This document shows, in pieces, positions 17,446-25,717 of a stretch of DNA of 64,000 bases. Each line of letters opens with the position of its first letter. Position 1 is the stretch's first letter. Under the pieces are notes generated by a model. That model ran no database searches. It saw only the letters and a list, made by a program, of their open reading frames with translations, and was not told the DNA's origin. Source of the DNA: Parcubacteria group bacterium M10-OD1-1 (lineage in GTDB: Bacteria; Patescibacteriota; Minisyncoccia; Moranbacterales; UBA2206); NCBI GenBank assembly GCA_003056145.1, contig LSNL01000003.1, positions 201,993 to 265,992 of the forward strand, given 5' to 3'. A program made the position numbers and the translations under genes.

Positions 17446-18507
17446 TTATTTCTGCATTTTTAATTTTATATCAGCTTCTTGAAGAGAAAGAATAATATTG
17501 TCTAAATCTCCACTAAGAATACCTTCTAAGTTGCTCCAACTTTTTTTGATACGGTGATCAGTTACTCTATCCTGAGGATAATTATAAGTTCTAATTTTTT
17601 CACTTCGGTCGCCAGTTCCAATTTGACTACGACGAGCATCTCCAACTTTATTTTCTCTCTTCTCTTTTTCTATTTGTAGTAATCTGGAACGAAGAACTTT
17701 CATTGCTTTATCTTTATTTTTAAGTTGGGATTTTTCATCTTGACAAGAAACTATTAAGTTAGTAGGTAAATGAGTAATCCGAACAGCTGATTTAGTAGTA
17801 TTGACGGATTGACCTCCTGGACCAGAAGAGCAAAAAGTATCAATCCGAATATCTTTCTCTTCGATAACTAAATCAACTTCTTCGGCTTCTGGTAGAATAG
17901 CGACGGTAACGGTAGAAGTATGAATTCGTCCAGATTTTTCGGTTTCTGGAATTCTTTGCACCCTGTGTACTCCTGATTCATATTTCATTTTACTATATAC
18001 ATCAGTACCTTTAATTTCAAAAATTACTTCCTTATAACCACCAATGCCAGTTGTATGAGAATTGAGAAGAGAAATTTGCCAAGTATTCTTTTCAGCGAAA
18101 TGGGAATACATTCTAAAAAGTTCAGCGGAAAATAAAGCTGATTCGTCACCTCCAGCTCCAGCTCTAATTTCTACAATAATATTTTTATTATCGTTAGGAT
18201 CCTTAGGAATTAATGCTTGCTCAAGCTTTTTTTTAAGAATTTCTTTTTGAGAAGCTAGCTCAATATTTTCAGACATAGCCATTTCTTTTAATTCTTGATC
18301 AGTATCATTATTAGCTATATCAGCATTTTCTTGCATAGTTTTTTCAAGACTTTCTAACTCATTGATTATTTTTATGGTTCCTTCTAATTCAGATTGTCTT
18401 TTGCCAAGTTGAGCTAATTTTTGAGTATCAGAAACAACCTCAGGTAAATTGAGTTGCTCTTGTATATTTTGATATTCTTGTTTAATAGCGTCTATTTGGC
18501 TTTTCAT
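17446..18507 (-). CDS. prfA: peptide chain release factor 1
   Basis: GGQ motif 'SSGPGGQSVNTTKSAVRITHLPT' and RF1-type 'RIPETEKSGRIHTS' (PxT) rather than the RF2 SPF motif. No frameshift site. Confidence 0.85.
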   Translation of the reverse strand: MKSQIDAIKQEYQNIQEQLNLPEVVSDTQKLAQLGKRQSELEGTIKIINELESLEKTMQENADIANNDTDQELKEMAMSENIELASQKEILKKKLEQALIPKDPNDNKNIIVEIRAGAGGDESALFSAELFRMYSHFAEKNTWQISLLNSHTTGIGGYKEVIFEIKGTDVYSKMKYESGVHRVQRIPETEKSGRIHTSTVTVAILPEAEEVDLVIEEKDIRIDTFCSSGPGGQSVNTTKSAVRITHLPTNLIVSCQDEKSQLKNKDKAMKVLRSRLLQIEKEKRENKVGDARRSQIGTGDRSEKIRTYNYPQDRVTDHRIKKSWSNLEGILSGDLDNIILSLQEADIKLKMQK

Positions 18508-18649
18508 TAATCCAATCTTAGCTTACTTTAAAAGGTTTGTAAACTAAAGCTTAGGAGTAAAAATTTGCTTTTTACTTATTTTTTATGCTTTAATAAAAGA
18601 AATAGTTCCTTATTAGATTATCATTCTATTAATAAAGGAGGATGGGAAA

Positions 18650-18952
18650 ATGGAAAATTATATATTTTTAGTTCTTGGTATATTGGTAGTTGATTTAGTG
18701 GCAATATTTATTTTGAAAGAGTTTGATATTTTAGAATATTGCCAAAAGAAATATCAGGACCCAATCGCCTATATAGTAATGACCATGTTGATGTATATGG
18801 CGATAATAGGCAGTTGGATTATGCTGCCATTTATTGTCACTCTTTTCTTAGTTGAGAAAATTGGTCAAGCAATTATTATTAGGATAGTTAGTTTGGCATT
18901 AATGTTGGTTTTTAATAAAATGATGGGAGAAAAATCTTTTTTGGCGAGTTAA
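18650..18952 (+). CDS. small hypothetical membrane protein (3 TM)
   Basis: Three hydrophobic helices. Strong SD AAAGGAGGAT upstream. Followed by a clean terminator. Confidence 0.45.
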   Translation: MENYIFLVLGILVVDLVAIFILKEFDILEYCQKKYQDPIAYIVMTMLMYMAIIGSWIMLPFIVTLFLVEKIGQAIIIRIVSLALMLVFNKMMGEKSFLAS

Positions 18953-18971
18953 CTAACGCCTTAAAACAGAA

Positions 18972-19007
18972 GGCTATTCTTTTGAAAACGAAAGAATAGC
19001 TTTTTTG
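18972..19007 (+). terminator. intrinsic terminator
   Basis: Perfect 10-bp stem gctattcttt/aaagaatagc with 8-nt loop, followed by TTTTTT. Confidence 0.7.
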
Positions 19008-19033
19008 ACCAAAAGGTATTTTTTTAGTAGAAT
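19005..19033 (+). promoter_or_regulatory. candidate sigma70 promoter for secA (TTGACC, 17-nt spacer, TAGAAT)
   Basis: -35 at 19005-19010 overlapping the terminator T-tract; -10 at 19028-19033; secA ATG 38 nt downstream. Confidence 0.5.
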
Positions 19034-19071
19034 AGATAAGTTAAGTTTTTAAAATTAATAAAATATAAAAT

Positions 19072-21714
19072 ATGTCATTTCTTAATAAATTATTTGGTTC
19101 CAACGAGAGAGAGGTTGTTAAGTTACATCCGACAGTAGAAAAAATAAATTCTTTAAGTCCTGAAATAGAAAAACTTTCAGATCTTGAATTGCAAGGTAAA
19201 ACAGAGGAATTTAGAAAAAGAAGTAAAACGGGAGAAAGTCTAAATGATTTATTGCCAGAAGCTTTTGCTGTGGTTAGAGAAACCGCCAAGAGGGTGATTG
19301 GCGAACGGCATTACGATGTTCAGTTAATGGGAGGTATAGTTCTTCATCAAGGAAAAATTGCTGAGATGAAAACTGGAGAAGGAAAAACCTTAACCTCTAC
19401 TTTGCCAATTTATTTAAACGCTATTTCTCAAAAAGGTGTTCATGTAGTGACAGTTAATGACTATTTAGCAAAACGAGATTGTAACTGGATGGGTTCTATT
19501 CTTCATTTTTTAGGAATTTCCACTGCTTGCATAATTCACGATACTTCTTATATTTATGGTCCGAAAATTATTGATAACGATGAAGTTAGTGTAGAAATGG
19601 AAAATCTAAAACCAGTCAGCCGAAGAGAGGCTTATCAGGCTGATGTTACTTACGGGACTAACAACGAGTTCGGTTTTGATTATTTGAGAGATAATATGGT
19701 GCAAAGCTTAGAGGAAATGACTCAAAGAGAGCCTAACTTTGTAATTATTGATGAGGTAGATTCTATTTTAATTGATGAAGCTAGAACACCGTTAATTATT
19801 TCGGCTCCAGATAATGAATCAACTAAAATGTATCAACAGTTTGCTTCATTAGTTCCAAGATTAAAAAATGGAGAAGACTATGAAGTGGATGAAAAAATGA
19901 AGGCAGTGGCTATTTCTGAAAAGGGAATTTCTAAAATTGAAGCGTGGTTAGGAATAGATAATATTTATGAACAAGGACGGATGAAATATGTTCATCATTT
20001 GGAGCAAGCGTTAAAAGCAGAAGCAATTTTTAAAAAAGATCATGATTATGTGGTGAAGGAGGGAGAAGTAATGATTGTAGATGATTTTACAGGACGATTG
20101 ATGCCTGGTCGTCGTTATAGTGAAGGACTTCATCAAGCGATTGAAGCCAAAGAGGGAGTGATGGTGCAAAAAGAATCTAGAACCTTAGCTACTATTACTT
20201 TTCAGAATTACTTTAGAATGTATGAAAAGATTTCTGGTATGACTGGGACAGCTACTACTTCTGCTGAGGAATTTTTTAGAGTATATAAAATGGAAGTCAT
20301 TGAGATTCCAACTGGGAAAAAACTTATTCGAAAAGATTTGCCGGATATTGTTTATAAATCGGAAAAAGGAAAATTTGATGCGATTGTAAAAAAAATAAAA
20401 GAAGTCCACTTAATAGGACAACCAATTTTAGTAGGAACAATTGCTATTGAAAAATCAGAATATTTAAGTGCTCTATTAAAACGATTTGGCATAGAACATG
20501 AAGTTCTTAACGCCAAGCAACACGAAAAAGAAGCCACGATAATTACGGATGCTGGTAAGAAAAATGCGGTAACCATTGCTACTAATATGGCGGGACGAGG
20601 GACAGATATTAAATTAGGAGAAGGCGTTAAAGAAGTAGGCGGATTGTTCATCTTAGGGACAGAACGACACGAAGCTCGGCGTATTGATAATCAATTAAGA
20701 GGTCGTTCTGGAAGACAAGGTGATCCAGGAGTTTCTCAATTTTATGTTTCTCTAGAGGACGAGCTTATGCGAAGGTTTGGCGGAGATAAATTGATTAAGA
20801 TGATGGATACCTTAAAACTTCCTGAAGACCAGCCAATCCAAAATAGAATTATTTCTAAAACTATTGAAAATGCTCAATCAAAGATTGAAGGATTTAATTT
20901 TGATATCAGAAAGCATGTTTTGGACTATGATGATGTAATGAATAAACAAAGAGAAATTGTTTATAAAACACGAAAAGAAGTTTTAAAAGCTAAAGACACT
21001 AAAAATGAGATTTTAAAATATATCAACGATGAGGTGGATAGGATTATTTCTTTTCATTGTGCAGGAGAAGAAAATAATTGGAATCTTGAAGAAGTCCTTG
21101 AAAATATAAAAAGTATTGTAGCTGTTGATGCAGTAGTTATAAAAAAATTAGAAGCTATTAAAAATGATAAAGTAAAAACTTTAGCTGAAAAAAATGTTGC
21201 TATGGCTGAATATCTAGTAGGTATTATCAAAGAGGCTTATAACAAGAAAGAGCAAGAAGTAGGAATAGAAAATTTAAGAATGATTGAACGATCTATTATC
21301 TTACAGACAATAGATGCAACTTGGATGGATCATTTAGATGAAATTGATTATCTTCGTGAAGGAATTGGTTTGCGTGGCTATGGACAGAGAGACCCTTTGG
21401 TAGAATATAAAAGAGAGGCTTTTATTATGTTTTCTAGTCTTTTGGATAACATTCATTCTACTGTTGTACGGACTATCTTTAAAATTACTATTGCTCCTTC
21501 AGAACCAACAGACGAAACTATTACGGCTAATAATTTAAATTATAGCGGAGGAGAAGACACTCACCAATTTGAAAATACTCAGGCAGAATTAACGGCAGAA
21601 GGTTCAAAAATAGAAGCGCCGAAGCAAGAACCTATTATTAGTAGCAAAGTTGGGAGAAATGATCCTTGTCCTTGTGGTAGCGGGAAAAAATATAAAAAAT
21701 GTCACGGAAAGTAA
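19072..21714 (+). CDS. secA: preprotein translocase ATPase SecA
   Basis: DEAD-motor motifs 'MKTGEGKTLTSTLP', 'VIIDEVDSILIDEARTPLIIS', 'MAGRGTDIKLG', and C-terminal zinc finger 'CPCGSGKKYKKCHG'. Confidence 0.95.
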   Translation: MSFLNKLFGSNEREVVKLHPTVEKINSLSPEIEKLSDLELQGKTEEFRKRSKTGESLNDLLPEAFAVVRETAKRVIGERHYDVQLMGGIVLHQGKIAEMKTGEGKTLTSTLPIYLNAISQKGVHVVTVNDYLAKRDCNWMGSILHFLGISTACIIHDTSYIYGPKIIDNDEVSVEMENLKPVSRREAYQADVTYGTNNEFGFDYLRDNMVQSLEEMTQREPNFVIIDEVDSILIDEARTPLIISAPDNESTKMYQQFASLVPRLKNGEDYEVDEKMKAVAISEKGISKIEAWLGIDNIYEQGRMKYVHHLEQALKAEAIFKKDHDYVVKEGEVMIVDDFTGRLMPGRRYSEGLHQAIEAKEGVMVQKESRTLATITFQNYFRMYEKISGMTGTATTSAEEFFRVYKMEVIEIPTGKKLIRKDLPDIVYKSEKGKFDAIVKKIKEVHLIGQPILVGTIAIEKSEYLSALLKRFGIEHEVLNAKQHEKEATIITDAGKKNAVTIATNMAGRGTDIKLGEGVKEVGGLFILGTERHEARRIDNQLRGRSGRQGDPGVSQFYVSLEDELMRRFGGDKLIKMMDTLKLPEDQPIQNRIISKTIENAQSKIEGFNFDIRKHVLDYDDVMNKQREIVYKTRKEVLKAKDTKNEILKYINDEVDRIISFHCAGEENNWNLEEVLENIKSIVAVDAVVIKKLEAIKNDKVKTLAEKNVAMAEYLVGIIKEAYNKKEQEVGIENLRMIERSIILQTIDATWMDHLDEIDYLREGIGLRGYGQRDPLVEYKREAFIMFSSLLDNIHSTVVRTIFKITIAPSEPTDETITANNLNYSGGEDTHQFENTQAELTAEGSKIEAPKQEPIISSKVGRNDPCPCGSGKKYKKCHGK

Positions 21715-21833
21715 GTATATATTTAATTAGTTAGTCAATACTATACTATTACTATAAATTAAAAAAATTCTTGACTGTTAGCTAACTACAGATTAAGCTT
21801 ATAATAGTTATTTAAAATAAAGGAGGTTTGAAA

Positions 21834-21977
21834 ATGGATTGGTTAATGAATAATTTTTTAAGATTTCTTTGGCGCAAGCTTCACAGTTTTGCTCGGCCCA
21901 CTAGTTTGGGTCAACGGGATTACTCCAAGGAAGTAACCTGGAGAAATTATAAGTTAAAAATTAAAAATAATAATCAA
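21834..21977 (+). CDS. 47-aa ORF that looks like a 3' remnant of one repeat unit of the downstream Cys-rich gene (possible pseudogene fragment)
   Basis: Manual translation MDWLMNNFLRFLWRKLHSFARPTSLGQRDYSKEVTWRNYKLKIKNNNQ. Its 3' half is encoded by direct repeat R1. N-terminal 'FLRFLWRKLHSF' resembles the 'FLAVLRYKFY' end of the downstream gene. Strong SD AAAGGAGG. Confidence 0.35.
21897..21937 (+). repeat. direct repeat R1 (41 nt), partner at 22509-22549 (3 mismatches)
   Basis: cccactagtttgGgtcaacgggattaCtccaaGgaagtaac versus cccactagtttgAgtcaacgggattaTtccaaAgaagtaac, read directly from the sequence. Confidence 0.9.
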
Positions 21978-21999
21978 TAAAACTAGGCTAAGAAGGAGA

Positions 22000-22521
22000 T
22001 TGAAAATGAAAAAAGTAGAGTGCAGGAGTATACTTGGAAATACCGTTGTGTTATATTGTTCGGATGAGGCATTGAAGCAGTTTATGATGCCAGATGGAGA
22101 ACCAGCTAAGCGTGGCGACTGCTGGAATAGTAACTGTGGTCCATTGACAATATATGGAACAATGGACAATCGTTTGTATGCAAAATGGGAAGATCCTGTA
22201 GAAGTTGTTGATTCTCTCAATGGAAGTGAGGAGCCATTTTCTGAGGCTGTTCGTAAATATAATCTAACTTTAGTTTCTAAAAATATTAAAGTGGATTGTT
22301 CAGATGAGGCATTGAAGCAGTTTATGATGCCAGATGGAGAACCAGCTAAGCGTGGCGACTGCTGGAATAGCAGCTGTGGTCCATTGACAATATATGGAGC
22401 AATGGACAATCGTTTATATGCAAAATGGGAAAAAGATGCAGAAATTCTGACTCCTCTTAATGGAAAGGATGAACCATTTTTTCTGGCGGTTCTTAGATAT
22501 AAATTTTACCCACTAGTTTGA
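22000..22521 (+). CDS. hypothetical protein made of two tandem ~80-aa Cys-containing repeats (no known family)
   Basis: Two copies of 'CSDEALKQFMMPDGEPAKRGDCWNS(N/S)CGPLTIYG(T/A)MDNRLYAKWE'. SD AAGGAGAT. GC content visibly above the flanking genes. Terminator downstream. Confidence 0.6.
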   Translation: MKMKKVECRSILGNTVVLYCSDEALKQFMMPDGEPAKRGDCWNSNCGPLTIYGTMDNRLYAKWEDPVEVVDSLNGSEEPFSEAVRKYNLTLVSKNIKVDCSDEALKQFMMPDGEPAKRGDCWNSSCGPLTIYGAMDNRLYAKWEKDAEILTPLNGKDEPFFLAVLRYKFYPLV

Positions 22522-22536
22522 GTCAACGGGATTATT
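22057..22536 (+). repeat. 2 x 240-nt tandem duplication inside the ORF; the first 134 nt of each unit are nearly identical, the remainder diverged
   Basis: Units at 22057-22296 and 22297-22536. Conserved cores 22057-22190 versus 22297-22430 differ only at the few positions named in the finding (tcGgat/tcAgat, TAA/CAG, ggaAca/ggaGca, tttGta/tttAta). Confidence 0.9.
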
Positions 22537-22549
22537 CCAAAGAAGTAAC
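22509..22549 (+). repeat. direct repeat R2 (partner of R1)
   Basis: See R1. Overlaps the stop codon of the tandem-repeat ORF. Confidence 0.9.
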
Positions 22550-22603
22550 TTAGAAAAGTTCTAGGTTTAAAAAATAGTAGAGATTTTTGATTTTTTAAAT
22601 CTT

Positions 22604-22642
22604 AAGCTACAAGGAAATTAAATTTCTTTGTAGCTTTTTTTG
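22604..22642 (+). terminator. intrinsic terminator after the duplicated Cys-rich locus
   Basis: ~14-bp stem aagctacaaggaaat/atttctttgtagctt (one G-U) followed by TTTTTTT. Confidence 0.65.
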
Positions 22643-22731
22643 TAATTTCAGAACTATTAATAAAAAGAAACTAATACAAAAAAAGAAATATCTTTTGTTT
22701 TATTTAAAATAGGTCAGGCTAAGACTAAAAG

Positions 22732-22759
22732 TTGCATTTTATGGAGAATGATGTAAAAT
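22732..22759 (+). promoter_or_regulatory. candidate promoter for secD (TTGCAT, 16-nt spacer, TAAAAT); predicts a leaderless or very short-leader secD mRNA
   Basis: -10 ends 7 nt before the secD ATG. No SD present. Confidence 0.35.
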
Positions 22760-22766
22760 ACAAAAT

Positions 22767-24467
22767 ATGAATTTAAGGAAAAAACTTTTAATAAAATTTT
22801 ATTCAGTTATTTTATTAACCCTTATTGTGGGGGTGATTTCTTATCCTAAAATTATTTCTTTTGCCCCGCCAGCTTATAATCTTTTGAATAAAGTGAAAAT
22901 TCGTTTAGGATTGGATTTGCAAGGAGGTATTCACTTAGAATATAGAGCCGATCTTTCAAAAGTTAGCTTCAATCAAAAGAAAGAAGCTATGCAAGCGTTG
23001 CAGGATGTTATTGAAAGGCGAGTTAATGCTTTTGGCGTGGCTGAACCACTTATTTATACCACTAAATCAGGAGATAAAGAACATCTAGTTGTTGAATTAG
23101 CAGGAGTTAAAGATATAGATAAAGCGAAAGCAATGATTAAAGAAACTCCATTTTTGGAGTTTAAAAAAGAAAAAGCGGATCAAACAGTTCAAAAAATTCC
23201 ACCTAAAATTTTGGAAAAAATTAATGCTGAAAAAGAAAAAAGAGCTGAAAAAATTCTTCAAGAAGCTCTAGCGGGAAAAGATTTTAATCAGTTAGCTAAA
23301 GAAAATAGTCAAGATTCTGAATCTAAAAACAAGGGTGGTGACCTAGGTTTTATCAAAAAAGGCATGCTATTGCCAGCGGTAGAGAAAGTTGCTTTTGACC
23401 CTAATTTTAAAGATGGAACAATTTACCCTAAATTAGTAAAATCTATTTTTGGATGGCATATTATCAAGAAGATTGGTGAGCGGGGTCAAGGAAATTCACG
23501 AGAAGTTCATATTGCTCACATTTTAATTATGCTTGAAATGCAACCTCAGGCACAAACTCAATATGTGCCAACTGGTTTAACAGGGAAAGATTTAAAGAGT
23601 GCTAAGATGGAAATTCCACAACAAGGATTATCTGGTCCAGAGGTATCTTTAGAATTTAATAATCAAGGTACTAAATTATTTGCAGCGCTTACCAAAGATA
23701 ATATTGGTAAACGAGTAGCAATTTATTTAGACGGAAAGTTAGTTAGTGCACCTACTGTTCAAGCTGAAATTACTAATGGAAGGGCGGTTATTTCTGGAAA
23801 TTTTACAATAGCGGGAGCGAAAAAATTAGCTAACAGATTAAACGAAGGTGCTTTACCAGTTCCTATTCACTTAATATCACAACACAGCGTTGATGCTTCT
23901 CTAGGAGCAGAATCTTTTATTAAAAGTATTAAAGCTGGAGCAGTTGGTTTAGGTGTAGTAATAATTTTTATGATTTTCTATTATCGCTTTCTAGGTTTGA
24001 TAGCTTCAATAGCTCTTTTAATTTATACTGCCTTAATGGTTGCAATTTTTAAGCTATCCACCTTAACTCCTTGGTCAATTACTTTTACTCTCTCTGGGAT
24101 TGCGGGTTTTATTTTGTCTATTGGAATGGCTGTAGATGCTAATGTTTTGATATTTGAAAGAACTAAAGAGGAATTAAAGAAAGGGAGAAATGTCCTAGGT
24201 TCTATTGAGGAAGGTTTTAATAGAGCTTGGCCGAGTATTCGGGATGGTAACTATTCTACTATCATTACCTCAATTATTTTAATTGGAGTGGGTACGGGAT
24301 TTGTCAAAGGTTTTGCTATTATTTTAGTTATTGGAGTTTTAGTATCAATGTTTACCGCGATTATTATAGTAAAAACAATTTTAGAATTTACAGTTGGCGA
24401 TTGGTTAGAAAAAAGAGTTTGGCTGATTGCTAGGGTTGAAAATAAAACTAACGAAGAAAATAAATGA
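22767..24467 (+). CDS. secD: protein translocase subunit SecD carrying an inserted parvulin-type PPIase-like domain in the periplasmic head
   Basis: SecD signatures 'LGLDLQGGIHLEYRA' and 'AIYLDGKLVSAPTVQAEITNGRAVISGNFT', plus 6 C-terminal TMs. Residues ~160-250 'GKDFNQLAKENSQDSESKNKGGDLGFIKKGMLLPAVEKVAFD...FGWHIIKK' closely parallel E. coli PpiC. Confidence 0.85.
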   Translation: MNLRKKLLIKFYSVILLTLIVGVISYPKIISFAPPAYNLLNKVKIRLGLDLQGGIHLEYRADLSKVSFNQKKEAMQALQDVIERRVNAFGVAEPLIYTTKSGDKEHLVVELAGVKDIDKAKAMIKETPFLEFKKEKADQTVQKIPPKILEKINAEKEKRAEKILQEALAGKDFNQLAKENSQDSESKNKGGDLGFIKKGMLLPAVEKVAFDPNFKDGTIYPKLVKSIFGWHIIKKIGERGQGNSREVHIAHILIMLEMQPQAQTQYVPTGLTGKDLKSAKMEIPQQGLSGPEVSLEFNNQGTKLFAALTKDNIGKRVAIYLDGKLVSAPTVQAEITNGRAVISGNFTIAGAKKLANRLNEGALPVPIHLISQHSVDASLGAESFIKSIKAGAVGLGVVIIFMIFYYRFLGLIASIALLIYTALMVAIFKLSTLTPWSITFTLSGIAGFILSIGMAVDANVLIFERTKEELKKGRNVLGSIEEGFNRAWPSIRDGNYSTIITSIILIGVGTGFVKGFAIILVIGVLVSMFTAIIIVKTILEFTVGDWLEKRVWLIARVENKTNEENK

Positions 24468-25372
24468 TCTCAATTATTAATAAAAGAAAATATTTTTATG
24501 TGGCTTCTAGCACTTTAGTGATAGCTAGTTTAGTAGTTTTATCTGTTTGGGGACTTAAATTAGGTATTGATTTTACTGGTGGAACTCAAATGAAAATTAA
24601 ATTTGAAAAGTCTGCTCCAACTAGAACTCAAATTCAAAAAGCGGTTAAAAATTTAAAGTTAGATAGCTTTATTGTTAAACCAGTAGGAGGTCAAGAAATT
24701 ATCTTAAAATATAAAAATTCTAGCGACGCAGTTAATTTAAAAGTTTTTCAGGCGATTAAAAGCATTAAACCTCAAGCTAAACGATTGAGTGTTGATTTTA
24801 TTGGCTCTTCAGTTTCTGATCAATTAAAAACTAATGCTATCAAGGCGATTGTTTTATCGGTATTGGGTATTGCTTTATATATTGCTTGGGCGTTTAGAAA
24901 GATTTCTTATCCAGTTAAATCTTGGAAATATGGCTTAGGAGCAATTATTGCTTTAGCTCATGATATTATTATTACAGTGGGAGCTTTTGTTTTACTTGGT
25001 CATTTCTTTAATATTGAAGTAGGAGTTCCTTTTATTGCGGCTTTACTAACAATTTTAGGTTATAGCGTTAATGATACAATTGTTGTCTATGATCGAACTC
25101 GGGAAAATCTGATGAAATCAAACGGTAAGGAAGATTTTGAAAATATAGTCAATCGCTCGCTTAATGAAACTTTGGCTCGGTCTATTAATACTTCATTTAC
25201 GGTGATTGTAGTTTTAATTGCTATTATCTTTTTCGGTGGAGTAGCGATAAAATATTTTTCTCTAGCTCTTTTAATCGGAGTAGTCTTTGGGACTTATTCT
25301 TCAATCTATGTAGCCTCAGCTTTGATGGTAACTATTTATAAATTTCAAGAAGTACAAAATAATAATAAATAA
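24464..25372 (+). CDS. secF: protein translocase subunit SecF
   Basis: 'GIDFTGGTQMKIKF' SecF signature and 6 TMs. 4-nt overlap with secD. Confidence 0.9.
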   Translation: MISIINKRKYFYVASSTLVIASLVVLSVWGLKLGIDFTGGTQMKIKFEKSAPTRTQIQKAVKNLKLDSFIVKPVGGQEIILKYKNSSDAVNLKVFQAIKSIKPQAKRLSVDFIGSSVSDQLKTNAIKAIVLSVLGIALYIAWAFRKISYPVKSWKYGLGAIIALAHDIIITVGAFVLLGHFFNIEVGVPFIAALLTILGYSVNDTIVVYDRTRENLMKSNGKEDFENIVNRSLNETLARSINTSFTVIVVLIAIIFFGGVAIKYFSLALLIGVVFGTYSSIYVASALMVTIYKFQEVQNNNK

Positions 25373-25386
25373 TAAATAATAAAACT

Positions 25387-25626
25387 ATGTTTAATCCTTT
25401 TAGCAAAAATAAATCAGGAGCTAACGCTGGGAAAATGGGAATGTTACAAAAAATAGCCATGAAAAAATTGGCTAAAATGAGTCCGCAAGAACAGCAAAAG
25501 GTTATGCAAGAAGCTATGAAACCAAAAAATAGAGATAAAATGATAGCAGCAATGGAACAAATGAAAAAATCTGGTCAAATTACTGAAGAACAATATAAAA
25601 TAGCGAAACAAAAAATGGGAATGTAA
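25387..25626 (+). CDS. hypothetical small Met/Lys/Gln-rich protein
   Basis: 79 aa with 11 Met ('MGMLQKIAMKKLAKM...'), loosely reminiscent of the Met-rich Ffh M-domain tail. No TM. Confidence 0.4.
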   Translation: MFNPFSKNKSGANAGKMGMLQKIAMKKLAKMSPQEQQKVMQEAMKPKNRDKMIAAMEQMKKSGQITEEQYKIAKQKMGM

Positions 25627-25717
25627 ATTTGAAAAATAGTGGAATAAAAGGCAAAATAAATTTTTTAAAATTGCCTTTTATTTTGACTTTTTAGGCTTTT
25701 AAAGCTAAAATAAACTT

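Noticed and set aside
21771-21805. TTGACT ... TATAAT pair upstream of the Cys-repeat locus as a sigma70 promoter
   Set aside because: Spacer is 23 nt, too long for a functional -35/-10 pair. Only the isolated TATAAT (21800-21805) might act as a -10.
21954-22409. 151-aa ORF on the minus strand overlapping the tandem Cys-repeat gene
   Set aside because: It is the antisense shadow of the duplicated unit, and its internal repeat simply mirrors the sense-strand duplication. No SD or promoter. The sense ORF has the SD, terminator and conserved Cys pattern.
22057-22536. Possibility that the near-identical 134-nt repeat pair is a diversity-generating retroelement TR/VR pair
   Set aside because: Mismatches are not adenine-specific (G/A, T/C, A/G substitutions in both directions), no reverse transcriptase gene is nearby, and the repeats are tandem in-frame units of one ORF.
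25387-25626. Met-rich 79-aa protein as a split C-terminal fragment of Ffh or as YajC
   Set aside because: No NG-domain gene adjacent and no TM helix (YajC is membrane-anchored). Similarity is compositional only; kept as hypothetical.
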